A DNA stretch of 64,000 bases from positions 68,423 to 132,422 of the forward strand of contig JAUWYL010000002.1 in assembly GCA_030615855.1 (NCBI GenBank). Direction: 5' to 3'. Shown here piece by piece: positions 28,615 to 39,201 of the stretch. The notes beneath the pieces were generated by a model, which was not told the DNA's origin, made no database searches, and saw only the letters and a list, made by a program, of their open reading frames with translations. Positions within the stretch are counted from its first letter, which is position 1. Each line of letters opens with the position of its first letter. The DNA comes from a bacterium (lineage in GTDB: Bacteria > UBP18 > UBA7526). Position numbers and translations under genes: made by a program.

Positions 28615-29946
28615 TCAGCCTTCCAGATAGGTTTTGGCTTCACCTATCGTATAGAGTGAGCCAGTAATAAGAACTATATCCCTCCTCTTTGCACAAGAGA
28701 GAGCATATTCAATCGCTTGAGAGACTTTTTCTTTAATTACTATAGAACCTAAATATTTCTTTGCTATTTCGGCTATCTCTTCTGGTTCTGCTGCCCGAGG
28801 GGTCTGAGGTCTGGTAATGATTATTCTGGAGGCTAAGGGTGCTAACTGGGCTACAATGCCCTTAATATCTTTATCTCTTAGAATACCCAGAAGGAGAATT
28901 AACCGCTTATAATTAAAAGAGTCTCTAATGGCTTCCTTGAGGGCCTTTACTCCTGCTACATTGTGAGCACCATCTAAAATTACCGTGAACCGTTTACCGT
29001 TTACTGTGAACCGTTTAACTTCCAATCTCCCGGGCCAGATGGTTTTGGCTAAACCTTTTCTTATCTCTTCTTTGCTAATTTTCACCTTTGTTCCTAAAAG
29101 TTCTACTACTTCTATAGCACAAGCAGCATTCAGCAATTGATGCTTGCCCAGAAGAGAAATCTTCAGACTCTCATATCTACTATAAATTCCTTGGACATTA
29201 AAGGTTTGCCCGACCCACCGCAGGTGGGTGCCCGCCAGTTTACCAGTTGACCAGTCATTTGGACTTTGGACAAGAATTTTTCTATCTACTCTATATAGTT
29301 TTGCTTGTTTCTTCCTGCAGGTTTGCTCTATCACAACCAATACTTCCTTCTTATTCTCTGCAGTAATGACTGGCACTTTCTTCTTAATGATCCCACATTT
29401 CTCATAAGCGATTCTCTTAAGGCTTCTTCCCAGATGCTCTGTATGCTCAAAATCAACATTAGTAATCACTGAGACCAAAGGTTTGGTGACATTGGTGGCA
29501 TCCAACCTCCCTCCCATCCCCACCTCTAAGATAGCAAAATCTACCCTTCGTTCTGCAAAATACTGCAGGGCTATAGCCGTAGTTATTTCAAAAAAAGTAG
29601 GCTGAAAACCGTAAACGGTAAACGGTAAACGGTAAACCTCTTTGACTAATTTAGTTAGTTCTTCCTTGGAGATTAATCCCTCGCTTGTCCTTATTCTTTC
29701 TCTGAAGTCAATTAGGTGGGGGGAGGTATAGAGCCCCACCTTATAGCCCGCTCCTTTTAAGATATAAAAAAGGAAGGCTCCCACCGAGCCTTTGCCATTC
29801 GTTCCTCCAATATGGATGACCTTTAATCTTTCTTGCGGATTCCCCAGTAATCTAAGAAGCCTTCTTATATTCTTTAATCCTAACCTTATCCCAAACCTCT
29901 GGAAACTCTCAAGGTATTTAAGGGTCTCTTGGTAGGTCATGATCAA
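28615..29946 (-). CDS. folC: Bifunctional folylpolyglutamate synthase/dihydrofolate synthase
   Basis: It has a Mur-ligase-type P-loop (HIGGTNGKGS) and a FolC domain order. Two in-frame GTAAACG-type STRs encode RLPFTVYGF and KRFTVNGKRFTV. Confidence 0.8.
   Translation of the reverse strand: MIMTYQETLKYLESFQRFGIRLGLKNIRRLLRLLGNPQERLKVIHIGGTNGKGSVGAFLFYILKGAGYKVGLYTSPHLIDFRERIRTSEGLISKEELTKLVKEVYRLPFTVYGFQPTFFEITTAIALQYFAERRVDFAILEVGMGGRLDATNVTKPLVSVITNVDFEHTEHLGRSLKRIAYEKCGIIKKKVPVITAENKKEVLVVIEQTCRKKQAKLYRVDRKILVQSPNDWSTGKLAGTHLRWVGQTFNVQGIYSRYESLKISLLGKHQLLNAACAIEVVELLGTKVKISKEEIRKGLAKTIWPGRLEVKRFTVNGKRFTVILDGAHNVAGVKALKEAIRDSFNYKRLILLLGILRDKDIKGIVAQLAPLASRIIITRPQTPRAAEPEEIAEIAKKYLGSIVIKEKVSQAIEYALSCAKRRDIVLITGSLYTIGEAKTYLEG
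28982..29018 (-). repeat. GTGAACCGTTTACC-type tandem repeat inside folC
   Basis: It is in-frame and encodes KRFTVNGKRFTV. Confidence 0.85.
29608..29638 (-). repeat. (CGGTAAA)4 heptamer STR inside folC
   Basis: The sequence is aaccgtaaacggtaaacggtaaacggtaaacc. It is in-frame and encodes RLPFTVYGF. Confidence 0.9.
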
Positions 29947-30734
29947 CAGGCTTGGGCTAACCTTTGAACAAAATCCCCTACCTTCTGCACCAGGTCTTTA
30001 CTCTTCAGGTTCTTCCCAATTACAGAAATGATGGCGCTTCCCACCACTGCCCCATCAGCATATCTTTTTATCTTTCTTATATGCTCTGGCTTCGATATCC
30101 CAAAGCCCACCGCAATGGGCTTTTCGGTGAGCCTCTTTAATCTCTTGAGAGAAAAGACAAGGCCTTCTGCCAACTTCTTTCTCACTCCAGTTACTCCTGT
30201 TAAGGAGACATAGTAGATGAACCCTTTGCTCTCTTTAGCAATTAACTTTAACCTTTGGGGTGGGCTAGTAGGAGAAGCCAAAAAAATAGTATCTAAATTA
30301 CTCCTTCTGGCATATCTCTTTAATTCACTCGCTTCTTCAACCGGTAAATCAGCCGCAATCACCCCGTCCACCCCATTTCCTTTTGCCTGAGTGACAAATC
30401 TTTCTATCCCATAGTTATAAAGCAGATTGTAGTAGGTCATTAAGACCAAAGGAATCTCTGTCTTCTTTCTTAACTCCTTAACCAGATCTAAAGCATCTTT
30501 TAGAGAGGTCCTGTGCTTTAAGGACCTGATATCTGCTTCCTGAATGGTGGGTCCATCGGCAATGGGGTCAGAGAAGGGCACTCCCAACTCAACGATATCC
30601 GCCCCCCTCCTCTCCATCTCCGGAACTAAGGCCTCGGTAGTTTCGAGGTTTGGATCCCCAACAGTAATGAAGGGGATAAGGGCTACTCTTTTTTTCTTTT
30701 TCACTTCTTTGAACTTAGCTTCTATTCTATTCAT
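29943..30734 (-). CDS. trpA: Tryptophan synthase alpha chain
   Basis: 263 aa with the TrpA signature (LIPFITVGDP...ELGVPFSDPIADGP). Confidence 0.85.
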   Translation of the reverse strand: MNRIEAKFKEVKKKKRVALIPFITVGDPNLETTEALVPEMERRGADIVELGVPFSDPIADGPTIQEADIRSLKHRTSLKDALDLVKELRKKTEIPLVLMTYYNLLYNYGIERFVTQAKGNGVDGVIAADLPVEEASELKRYARRSNLDTIFLASPTSPPQRLKLIAKESKGFIYYVSLTGVTGVRKKLAEGLVFSLKRLKRLTEKPIAVGFGISKPEHIRKIKRYADGAVVGSAIISVIGKNLKSKDLVQKVGDFVQRLAQAC

Positions 30735-30859
30735 TTTCTATCATTTTTCATTGCTAATTTTGCACTTTTCATTTTTTATTGATCTCTCACTAATCCAACC
30801 AATCCACTTAATTTACTACCCACTTTCCCACCTGCTCACTTTCCCACTTTCTCACTTTC
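30732..30859. repeat. Intergenic word-repeat block (CATTTTC/ATTTTGCA words, then CACTTTCCCAC/CTCACTTTC x4)
   Basis: Directly visible between trpA and trpB. Confidence 0.75.
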
Positions 30860-32047
30860 TTATAGTTTTACGCCCAAGGCCTGTGCTACAATGTGGACAT
30901 CCTTGTCTCCCCGACCAGAGAGATTGATGATAATTACTCTGTTTTTCGAGAGTTTTGGGGCCAATTTGGCAACATAAGCTAAGGCATGGGCGCTCTCTAA
31001 AGCAGGGGTTATCCCTTCTGTCTGGGCAAGTAGAAGGAAGGCTTTCAGGGCTTCTTTATCTGTAATGGGAACATACTTCGCTCTTCCTGTCCTTTTGTAG
31101 AAAGAATGCTCTGGCCCCACTCCAGGATAGTCAAGTCCAGGAGCAATGGAATGGGTCTCTTTAATCTGACCATCTCTATCCTGCAATAAGTAACTCTTGC
31201 TTCCATGTAAGACGCCTATACTTCCTGCCAAAAGGGGTGAGGAGTGCTTTCCCGTCTTTATTCCCCTTCCTGCTGCCTCAACGCCAATGAACTTCACTCT
31301 TTTATCCCTATAAAAGGGGTGGAAGAGGCCCAATGAATTGCTCCCTCCTCCTACACAGGCTACTAAATAGTCTGGCAACCTTCCTTCCTGTTTTAATATC
31401 TGCTCTTTTGTCTCTTTTCCAATAATAGATTGGAAGTCCCTCACCATTACAGGATAGGGATGAGGCCCTACCGTAGAACCCAAGAGGTAATGGGTGATCC
31501 TGATATTCGTCACCCAATCCCTTAAGGCCTCGTTTATGGCATCCTTCAGGGTTCGAAAGCCACTCTTTACCGGGATTACCTTAGATCCCAATAGCTTCAT
31601 CCGAAAGACATTCAAGGATTGGCGCTTGATGTCCTCTGTTCCCATGTAGACCTCACACTCTAAGCCCAATAGAGCAGCGGCCACAGCTGTGGCCACCCCA
31701 TGCTGGCCAGCACCAGTCTCGGCAATGACTCTTTTCTTTCCCATCCTCTTGGTGAGAAGCCCCTGACCAAGTGTATTATTGATCTTATGGGCTCCGGTAT
31801 GGCAGAGGTCCTCTCTCTTAAGATAAATCCTTGCCCCACCTAACTTCTTAGTTAACTTTTGGGCAAAGTATAGAGGGGTTGGTCTTCCCGCATATTGGCT
31901 TAAGTAATACTTGAGTTCCTTCTGGAATCTTCCATCCCTCTTTGCCGAAGAATAAGCCTGTTCCAGCTCTTCCAAGGCATTCATTAAGGTCTCAGGAACG
32001 AACCTCCCCCCGAACTCTCCAAAGTATCCTCTTCTATTGGGTAACAT
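30860..32047 (-). CDS. trpB: Tryptophan synthase beta chain
   Basis: The PLP-lysine motif HTGAHKINN is present. The start is probably [14 protein letters not shown] at 32047; the track ORF is extended upstream through a repeat region. Confidence 0.9.
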   Translation of the reverse strand: MLPNRRGYFGEFGGRFVPETLMNALEELEQAYSSAKRDGRFQKELKYYLSQYAGRPTPLYFAQKLTKKLGGARIYLKREDLCHTGAHKINNTLGQGLLTKRMGKKRVIAETGAGQHGVATAVAAALLGLECEVYMGTEDIKRQSLNVFRMKLLGSKVIPVKSGFRTLKDAINEALRDWVTNIRITHYLLGSTVGPHPYPVMVRDFQSIIGKETKEQILKQEGRLPDYLVACVGGGSNSLGLFHPFYRDKRVKFIGVEAAGRGIKTGKHSSPLLAGSIGVLHGSKSYLLQDRDGQIKETHSIAPGLDYPGVGPEHSFYKRTGRAKYVPITDKEALKAFLLLAQTEGITPALESAHALAYVAKLAPKLSKNRVIIINLSGRGDKDVHIVAQALGVKL

Positions 32048-32099
32048 CTCAGCCTCACTTTGTTCGGAGTAACCAGTAACCAGTTGACAGTTTACAGTA

Positions 32100-32262
32100 A
32101 AAAAATAAAAGAGCATCAGATAACCAGATTATCAGATAGAGAGGGCCAGTTATCAGAGGGTCAGATTAAAAAAAATTGAATCTGGTATTCTGAATTCTCA
32201 TTCTGATGTTCTGATATACTGATAATTTATGATTAGACGAGGCAAGCATAGCGCGTCGTTAT
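32100..32262. repeat. Composite dispersed repeat, copy A (modules: ATCAGA/TCTGAT words; ATCAGAATGAGAATTCAGAATA(T/C)CAGATTC; TTAGACGAGGCAAGCATAGCGCGTCGT)
   Basis: It shares a 30-nt block with 49553-49585 in reverse complement and a 27-nt block with 55617-55645. The TTCTGATGTTCTGATAT word also occurs at 46605. Confidence 0.7.
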
Positions 32263-32314
32263 ATTCTATGGTTTTGCTGGTCACTGTTCGCTGGTTACTG
32301 TAAACTCTTCTCAA

Positions 32315-33580
32315 TTATAGGTATTTCCTGGGATCAGTAATCTTCCCTTCCAGGGCGCTGGCTGCTACGGTAGCCGGAGAGGCAAGGTAGATAAAGGCCT
32401 TGGGATTGCCCATCCTTCCCTTGAAGTTCCGATTTGCTGTTGATATCACGTTCTCTCCATCTGCTGGTATTCCTTCATGGGTTCCCACACAGGGGCCACA
32501 ACCTGGAACCACCACTGCTGCTCCAGAACGGATGAAGATTTCAATTATTCCTTCTCTTAAAGCTTCCAGATAGATCTCTTTTGAGGCCGGAGCAATGATG
32601 AATCTTACGTCCTTATGAATCCTCTCTCTTTTTAGGATATGAGCAGCGACCTTTAAATCCTCTAATCTTCCATTGGTACAGGTTCCCAAGAAGGCAACAT
32701 CTATCTTTATTCCTTTTACCTTGCCAATTGGAAAGACATTGTCCACCCTGTGTGGTTCTGCGACCTGAGGCTTTAAGCTACTTATGTCAAATTCCAAAAC
32801 CTCACTATAATGGGCATCCCTATCTGCTTTTACTGGCTTGGGTTTTTTCCCCGAAGAATGCTTCTTCAACCACTTCAGAGTCTTCTCATCCGCCTCCATT
32901 ATCCCGGCCTTTGCCCCCATCTCTACCGCCATATTACATATAGTAAACCTTCCTTCCATAGAGAGATTCTTAATCACTCCTCCAGTGAATTCTACTGATT
33001 TATATGTTGCTCCATCTGCGGTCAATTCTCCAATTATATGGAGGATGATGTCCTTGGCATAGACCCCTTTTGGCATTCTTCCCTTTATGATAATCTTTAC
33101 ACTCTCTGGAACCTTGAACCATAACTTGCCAGAGATCATGCTTGCCGCAATGTCTGTAGAACCCAGGCCGGTAGAGAAGGAGTTTAAGGCACCATAGGTG
33201 CAGGTATGGGAATCAGCACCAACTACTAAGTCCCCGCAGGTGACATTCCCCCCTTCCGGGATGACCTGGTGGCAGACCCCAGAGCCGATATTATAAAGAA
33301 GGATCCTATGCTCTCTTACAAAATCCCTCATCAATCTATGTAAGGTAGAGACACCGATATTGGGGCTGGGCGCAGAATGGTCAATGACAAAGGCCGTCTT
33401 CTTGGGATGGGCGATCCTTTTCGCTCCGATATCTTGGAAAGTCTTTATGGCCAAGGGGGCGGTTCCATCCTGGGCAAAGGAAAAGTCTACATCTGCTATG
33501 ACGAGGTCTCCAGCCTTTGCCCTTTTCTTGCTATGGCTTGATAGTATCTTCTCTGCTATGGTCTGACCCATGACCCTCAC
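32315..33580 (-). CDS. leuC: 3-isopropylmalate/homoaconitate dehydratase large subunit (archaeal-type LeuC/HacA, aconitase family)
   Basis: 421 aa. Aconitase-family Cys ligands are present (CNMAVEMGA...GTCTNGR...PGCGPCVG). No small-subunit gene is adjacent. Confidence 0.75.
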   Translation of the reverse strand: MRVMGQTIAEKILSSHSKKRAKAGDLVIADVDFSFAQDGTAPLAIKTFQDIGAKRIAHPKKTAFVIDHSAPSPNIGVSTLHRLMRDFVREHRILLYNIGSGVCHQVIPEGGNVTCGDLVVGADSHTCTYGALNSFSTGLGSTDIAASMISGKLWFKVPESVKIIIKGRMPKGVYAKDIILHIIGELTADGATYKSVEFTGGVIKNLSMEGRFTICNMAVEMGAKAGIMEADEKTLKWLKKHSSGKKPKPVKADRDAHYSEVLEFDISSLKPQVAEPHRVDNVFPIGKVKGIKIDVAFLGTCTNGRLEDLKVAAHILKRERIHKDVRFIIAPASKEIYLEALREGIIEIFIRSGAAVVVPGCGPCVGTHEGIPADGENVISTANRNFKGRMGNPKAFIYLASPATVAASALEGKITDPRKYL

Positions 33581-33660
33581 TTCGTTCGGGAGTTCACAGT
33601 AACCAGTTTACAGTAACCAGTTTCTACTGTTAACTGTTCGCTGGTTACTGGTTACTACTG

Positions 33661-34818
33661 TTACTTTTTACTCTCCGCGAGAAAGTCCTGATAGATGTAG
33701 ATGAGTTCCATTTCTGTCAGAGCCCTCTTCAGAGCCACTGAGGTCTCCCTCACCTTAACCAAGATTTTGGCTGCCTCTTCCTTACCCACCTTAATCCCAT
33801 GCTTCTTCAGTACTTCAATAACTGTTGATGTTCCGGAGTGCTTTCCGATGATGATTCTCCTCTCCATCCCTACTTCCTCTGGAGTGAAGACCTCATAATT
33901 CCTGGGATCCTTATATACCGCATCGGCGTGAATGCCTGCCTCATGGGCAAAGACATTATTCCCCACAATGGGCTTCCAGTCCGGGATCTTCCTTCCTGAG
34001 GCCTGAGCAACATACTCCGATAATTCCCGGAACCTCTCTGTAGCAAATCCTAAGTCGATGTTATAGATGTACTTCAGGGCCATGACCACCTCTTCCAGGG
34101 GGGCATTCCCGGTTCTCTCTCCCAATCCATTCACCGTGGTATTGACTATGGTCGCTCCTGCCTCTATCCCACTCAGAGCGTTGGCCGTGGCCATACCAAA
34201 GTCGTTGTGGGTATGCATCTCAACCGGGATTCCGATTTTATTGATGATCTCCTTCACAATAGTATAGGTCTGGTAGGAGCCCATGATCCCCAAGGTATCG
34301 CAGTACCTGAGTCTATCTGCTCCAGAATCCTTGGCCACTTGAGCGAATTTTAACAAAAACTTTTTATCCGCCCGCGAGGCATCCTCAGCATTGACCGAGA
34401 TATAGAGACCATGCTTCTTGGCAAATTTCGTTGACTCTTCTACTGATTTCAAGACCCAGTTTCTGTCCTTCTTCAGTTTATATTTGATGTGAATATCTGA
34501 AGCAGAGATGGATAGGGCAACGGCATCCACCCCACAGTCTAAGGAATGCTCGACATCCTTGACCACCGCTCGATTCCATCCCAGAATACTCGCTTTCAAA
34601 TTCATTTTAACAATCTTCTTTATGGCCTCCTTCTCATCCCCTCCCATGGTGGGGATCCCAGCCTCAATCTGCTGAACCCCTATCTCATCGAGTAATTTAG
34701 CAATCCTTATCTTCTCCTGATTGGCAAAGACCACCCCTGCCGACTGCTCCCCATCTCTCAGGGTAGTATCATCGATGATTACCTTTCCCTTCAAGGCCTT
34801 CTTCGTCTTTTTCTTCAT
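33661..34818 (-). CDS. Homocitrate / 2-isopropylmalate / citramalate synthase family (short form, no regulatory domain)
   Basis: 385 aa with a DRE-TIM metallolyase N-terminus (DTTLRDGEQS) and an HxH motif (EMHTHNDFG). Confidence 0.7.
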   Translation of the reverse strand: MKKKTKKALKGKVIIDDTTLRDGEQSAGVVFANQEKIRIAKLLDEIGVQQIEAGIPTMGGDEKEAIKKIVKMNLKASILGWNRAVVKDVEHSLDCGVDAVALSISASDIHIKYKLKKDRNWVLKSVEESTKFAKKHGLYISVNAEDASRADKKFLLKFAQVAKDSGADRLRYCDTLGIMGSYQTYTIVKEIINKIGIPVEMHTHNDFGMATANALSGIEAGATIVNTTVNGLGERTGNAPLEEVVMALKYIYNIDLGFATERFRELSEYVAQASGRKIPDWKPIVGNNVFAHEAGIHADAVYKDPRNYEVFTPEEVGMERRIIIGKHSGTSTVIEVLKKHGIKVGKEEAAKILVKVRETSVALKRALTEMELIYIYQDFLAESKK

Positions 34819-34961
34819 CTAAACCTCCTTTTTAATTACCCGGCTTTGCTAAAACTGTAATAAGCGGGTGACTCGGCGGATCTCTGTGAGTGGGAGGATC
34901 CACACCGGGCGGAGGGGCCCGCGAACAGAGAATGCCGAGGCAGGACCCGCCTTAACGGGAT
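34819..34961 (-). promoter_or_regulatory. GC-rich (about 60% GC) structured leader, or a 38-codon upstream ORF, between the aminotransferase and the homocitrate/IPM-synthase-family gene
   Basis: It holds nested stems (GGATCC-TCCCACTCACAGA-GATCC; CGGGC-CCCTCC-GCCCG). The ATG overlaps the upstream TGA as ATGA, giving the 38-aa [42 protein letters not shown] strong RBS (AAGGAGG) then precedes the synthase start. Confidence 0.35.
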
Positions 34962-36092
34962 TCATTTATATGCCTCCTTTGCTCTTTTAACTGCCTCTCC
35001 CTTCTTTAATCTATGGCCGAGACTTAATAGTGCTTTCTCCAAAGATTCTAAAGCAACCAAGATATCTTTAAACTGGATGTAGCCCATATGACCAATGCGA
35101 ATGATTTTACCTTTTAATCTTTCTTGGCCACCAGCCAAAGTTACTCCATACTTCTCTCTTAAAACTTTCAAGAGTTCTGACCCATCGATATTTTCTGGAA
35201 CTTTAACCGCTGTTACGCCATTAGAGAAGTTTCCCTTTGCCAATAGTTCTAAGCCAAGCCCCTTCACTCCTTCCCTGGTTGCTTTTGCTAATCTCTTATA
35301 CCTCTCCCAAACCGTCTCCATCCCCTCTTCTCTTATCATCTTCAAGGCTTCATCCAGACCAAAGACTAAAGAGACTGGAGGGGTATAAGGGGGTTGTCCT
35401 TTCTCCAAGAATTCCCTGTAGGTCTTGAAGTCCCAGTAAAACCTATAGATCCGCGAGGTCTCTCGCGCCTCCCAGGCCCTTTGATTGATACTAATGAAGG
35501 ATAGTCCAGGAGGGGTCATCAATCCCTTCTGAGAAGCAGAGATGACCACATCCACTCCCCAATCATCTGTCCTTAGTTCCTCCACCCCTAATCCACTTAC
35601 CGCATCGACAACCAGAAGAACCTTGCGCTCCCTACATATCTTACCTAAGGATCTGATATCGTTTACCACTCCAGTTGAAGTCTCAACTAAGGTAGCAAAG
35701 ACCGCCCTTATATCCCTGTTCCTATCCAGCTCTCTGGCAACTAATTTGGAATCGATTACCTCTCTCCATTCACACCTTAAGGGTATTACCTCTATCCCAA
35801 AGCTTCCCAGGATCTTGACGAACCTCTCACCAAAGGCACCACTTGCCAAGGCGATTGCCTTATCACCTGGAGAGAGGAGATTCACGATGCTCGCCTCCAT
35901 CCCTCCGGTGCCAGAAGAGGAGAAGACCAGGATGTCATTTTGGGTCTGGAAGAGATATTTTAAGTTCTCAACGACTCTCTTGAGAATCTCTCCGTACTCT
36001 GGGCTTCTATGGCCGATCATAGGCTTTTGCATGGCCCTTGAAACCCGAGAAGGAATGGGCGTCGGTCCCGGAATTAAAAGATACTTTCTCAC
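34962..36092 (-). CDS. Class V aminotransferase (alanine-glyoxylate/serine-pyruvate aminotransferase family)
   Basis: 376 aa: [13 protein letters not shown]... The PLP-lysine region is SASQKGLM. Confidence 0.75.
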   Translation of the reverse strand: MRKYLLIPGPTPIPSRVSRAMQKPMIGHRSPEYGEILKRVVENLKYLFQTQNDILVFSSSGTGGMEASIVNLLSPGDKAIALASGAFGERFVKILGSFGIEVIPLRCEWREVIDSKLVARELDRNRDIRAVFATLVETSTGVVNDIRSLGKICRERKVLLVVDAVSGLGVEELRTDDWGVDVVISASQKGLMTPPGLSFISINQRAWEARETSRIYRFYWDFKTYREFLEKGQPPYTPPVSLVFGLDEALKMIREEGMETVWERYKRLAKATREGVKGLGLELLAKGNFSNGVTAVKVPENIDGSELLKVLREKYGVTLAGGQERLKGKIIRIGHMGYIQFKDILVALESLEKALLSLGHRLKKGEAVKRAKEAYK

Positions 36093-38458
36093 TGAACCCT
36101 CTTCTCCTCCAGGGCAACCTTCAATACCTCATCCATGTTCTCAACCATAACAAACTTTATTCTCCTCTTGATATTGGAGGGGATCTCAACCAGGTCCTTC
36201 TCATTCTCTTTGGGGATGATGATGGTTGGAATGTTTGCCCGATGGGCGGCCAGGATTTTTTCCTTTACTCCCCCGATCTCCAGGACCCTTCCCCTCAGGG
36301 TGATCTCACCAGTCATGGCCACATTATTCTTCACCCTCCTCTTGGTTAAAGCAGAGGCCAGGGCAACGGCCATGGTGATCCCGGCAGAGGGGCCATCCTT
36401 GGGGATGGCTCCCTTGGGAACGTGGATGTGGAGATCTACATTCTTATAGAAGTCGCTCGCTATGCCCAGAGATTCTGCCCGCGAGCGGATATAGGATAGG
36501 GCGGCCCGGGCAGACTCCTGCATGACCTCCCGTAGTCTTCCAGTCAAGATGAGCCCTTCTCTCTCCCCCTTGCCGCTCATCACTGTGGCTTCGATAGTAG
36601 CCAGCTCTCCTCCGGCTGGTCCTATGATTAGTCCCGTGGCTACTCCAATCTCTTTCTTCTCCAGGGCCTCCTCCGGACGATACCTGGGTGGTCCGAGATA
36701 CCTCTCAATGGCCTTTCTTCCCACTCGGAGTCTGAAGCCCTTACCCTTCCTGGCTACCTCCTTGGCCACCTTGCGACATATGGCCTCAATCTCCCTCTCT
36801 AAGTTCCTCACTCCGGCCTCCATAGTGTATCTATTGATGATGCGCAGGATGCTGGCTGGAGAAAAGGTTAAATTCTTCTCTGTTATCCCATGGGCCTTGA
36901 GCTGCTTGGGAACCAGGAACTTCTCTGCGATCTTTAGTTTCTCCTCCTGGGTATAGCCCGGAAAGTCGAGGATCTCCATCCTATCCAAAAGGGTGGGATG
37001 AATGAAATCCCTGATATTTGCGGTAGTAATGAATAATACTTTGGAGAGGTCGAAGTCCACCTCTAAGTAGTGGTCGCTGAAGGCCTTATTCTCCTCTGGA
37101 TCCAAGACCTCTAAGAGGGCGGCTGCTGGATCTCCCCGAAAGTCCTTTCCAATCTTGTCTATCTCATCTAAAAGAAAAACCGGATTCTTACTCTTAGCCT
37201 TCTTCATGGCCTGCATGATACGACCGGGCAGGGCGCCGATATAGGTTCTTCTATGACCTCTGATCTCTGCCTCATCCCTCACTCCTCCTAACGACATCCT
37301 GACGAAGTTCCTGCCCAAGGCCCTTGCGATGGATCTTGCTAAAGAGGTCTTACCCGACCCTGGCGGACCCACAAAGCATAGTATGGGCCCTTTCATCTTC
37401 TCTACCAGTTTCCTTACCGCCAGGTACTCCAATAACCTCTCCTTGGGCTTCTTCAGGTCATAGTGATCCTCCTCCAGTATCCTCTCTGCCTCTTTGATGT
37501 CCAATTTATCCTTAGTCTCAACCGCCCAGGGCAGAGAGATGAGCCAGTCGACATAGTTTCTAATCACCGCTGCCTCAGCACTCATAGAAGGCATCTGGAA
37601 GAGCCGATCCACCTCTTTCAGGGCCTTCTCCTGGGCCTCTTTGGTCATCCTGGCCTTCTTGATCTTCCCTTTAAGTTCCTCGACCTCACTTACTACCTCA
37701 CCCTTTCTTCCCATCTCTTTCTGGATGGCCTTCAGTTGCTCAGAGAGATAATACTCCTTCTGGGTGGTAGTCATCTGCTTCTTCACCCTCTCCCGGATCC
37801 TCTTCTCAATCCCTAGGATCTCATTCTCCCGATTCAAGATCTGGGCCAACCTCTCCAGCCTCTCTCTGGGATCCAGGGCCTCTAAGATGACCTGTTTATC
37901 CTTTGTCTTTAGAGTAAGGTGGGCAGCGATGGTATCCGCCAACCTTCCTGGCTCCTCAACATTGATGACGCTCATCAGGGTCTCAGGAGGAACCTTTCTA
38001 TTGAGTCTCACATAATCCTCGAACTGGGAGGTGACCGACCTCATCAATCCCTCCATCTCCACAGTCTTTAGAATGGCCTCTTCCGCCCTCTCTATCCTCA
38101 CCTGGAAGAACTTTTCCTGTAAAAGATACCTTACCACCTTTGCCCGAGAGATCCCTTCCACCAATATCTTGGTTGTCCCATCAGGAAGTTTAAGTAACTG
38201 AAGGATCTCGGCCACAGTACCGATATCAAAAATATCACCTGGAGTAGGCCTCTCAATATTCCCTGCCCTCTGGGCCACTAAGAGGATGAGGCGACCATGG
38301 AGCATGGCCTCATCCAAGGACTTGAGGGACTTTTCCCTACCCACAAAGAGGGGGATGATCATATGAGGGAAGACCACCATCTCTCTTAAGGGCAGGAGGG
38401 GTAAGGTAGAAGGAATTTTTATCTCTCTCTTTTTCTTTCTCTCAAATCTCTTTGCCAT
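36089..38458 (-). CDS. lon: ATP-dependent protease Lon
   Basis: 789 aa with a LON N-domain, an AAA+ Walker A (GPPGSGKTS) and a proteolytic Ser region (PKDGPSAGI). Confidence 0.9.
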   Translation of the reverse strand: MAKRFERKKKREIKIPSTLPLLPLREMVVFPHMIIPLFVGREKSLKSLDEAMLHGRLILLVAQRAGNIERPTPGDIFDIGTVAEILQLLKLPDGTTKILVEGISRAKVVRYLLQEKFFQVRIERAEEAILKTVEMEGLMRSVTSQFEDYVRLNRKVPPETLMSVINVEEPGRLADTIAAHLTLKTKDKQVILEALDPRERLERLAQILNRENEILGIEKRIRERVKKQMTTTQKEYYLSEQLKAIQKEMGRKGEVVSEVEELKGKIKKARMTKEAQEKALKEVDRLFQMPSMSAEAAVIRNYVDWLISLPWAVETKDKLDIKEAERILEEDHYDLKKPKERLLEYLAVRKLVEKMKGPILCFVGPPGSGKTSLARSIARALGRNFVRMSLGGVRDEAEIRGHRRTYIGALPGRIMQAMKKAKSKNPVFLLDEIDKIGKDFRGDPAAALLEVLDPEENKAFSDHYLEVDFDLSKVLFITTANIRDFIHPTLLDRMEILDFPGYTQEEKLKIAEKFLVPKQLKAHGITEKNLTFSPASILRIINRYTMEAGVRNLEREIEAICRKVAKEVARKGKGFRLRVGRKAIERYLGPPRYRPEEALEKKEIGVATGLIIGPAGGELATIEATVMSGKGEREGLILTGRLREVMQESARAALSYIRSRAESLGIASDFYKNVDLHIHVPKGAIPKDGPSAGITMAVALASALTKRRVKNNVAMTGEITLRGRVLEIGGVKEKILAAHRANIPTIIIPKENEKDLVEIPSNIKRRIKFVMVENMDEVLKVALEEKRVQ

Positions 38459-38471
38459 TCTTTACTCCCGA

Positions 38472-38590
38472 TTTAGAAAAACCTGTTGTTTGGTTACGGT
38501 TAAGGTTACGAAGCCCGTATCGTCAAACGTTAAATGGTTACGAACTACGTAATTCTTAAACGAAACGGGCCTCCTGACCGTAACCCATAG
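38472..38590. repeat. Palindromic 110-bp element, copy 2, lying between clpP and lon
   Basis: It uses the same modules as 17793-17905. Its arms can fold into a hairpin of about 35 bp. Confidence 0.7.
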
Positions 38591-38598
38591 ACCTAACT

Positions 38599-39201
38599 TT
38601 ATCTCTTAGTGATTACCTTATCAATGAGCCCGTAGGCCTTGGCCTCCTCAGCGCTCATCCAGAAATTTCTCGCCGTATCTTTCTCGATCTTCTCTATGGG
38701 CTGCCCAGTATGCTTTGCCAAGATTTCATTCAGTCTCTTTCTGGTTCTCATCAATTCCTTGGCCTCAATATCGACATCTATTGCCGTGCCTATTGCTCCC
38801 CCAGAGGGCTGATGGATCATGATCTTGGCATTGGAGAGAGCAAACCTTTTTCCCTTCTTCCCGGCTGCCAAAAGTAAAGCACCAGCTGAAACTGCCTGGC
38901 CAACGCATATGGTTGAGACATCGGGCTTAATATACTGGATAGTGTCATAGAGAGCAAGCATTCCCGATACTGCTCCCCCTGGTGAATTGATGTATAGGGC
39001 AATATCTTTATCAGGATCCTCTGCCTCCAGATAGAGGAGGCGGCCGATGAGACGATTGGCATCGATATCAGTCACTATTGGCCGGCCTTGTTGGTCTATA
39101 GAACTGGCCCCTAAGAAAAGGATGCGGTGCTTCATAAGGCCGACAAAGATATTGGCTAATTCCTCTAACTTCCATCTCTCCCTCAATTCCCTCTCGTTCA
39201 T
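38599..39201 (-). CDS. clpP: ATP-dependent Clp protease proteolytic subunit
   Basis: 200 aa with the catalytic Ser/His context ([14 protein letters not shown]; MIHQPSGG). Confidence 0.9.
   Translation of the reverse strand: MNERELRERWKLEELANIFVGLMKHRILFLGASSIDQQGRPIVTDIDANRLIGRLLYLEAEDPDKDIALYINSPGGAVSGMLALYDTIQYIKPDVSTICVGQAVSAGALLLAAGKKGKRFALSNAKIMIHQPSGGAIGTAIDVDIEAKELMRTRKRLNEILAKHTGQPIEKIEKDTARNFWMSAEEAKAYGLIDKVITKR

Noticed and set aside
32315-34818. LeuC-like and synthase genes read as a complete leucine or AAA-lysine operon
   Set aside because: No LeuD/HacB small subunit or dehydrogenase (LeuB/HICDH) is adjacent and the neighbouring genes are trpBA. The pathway assignment (leucine, isoleucine via citramalate, or homocitrate) cannot be made from this window.
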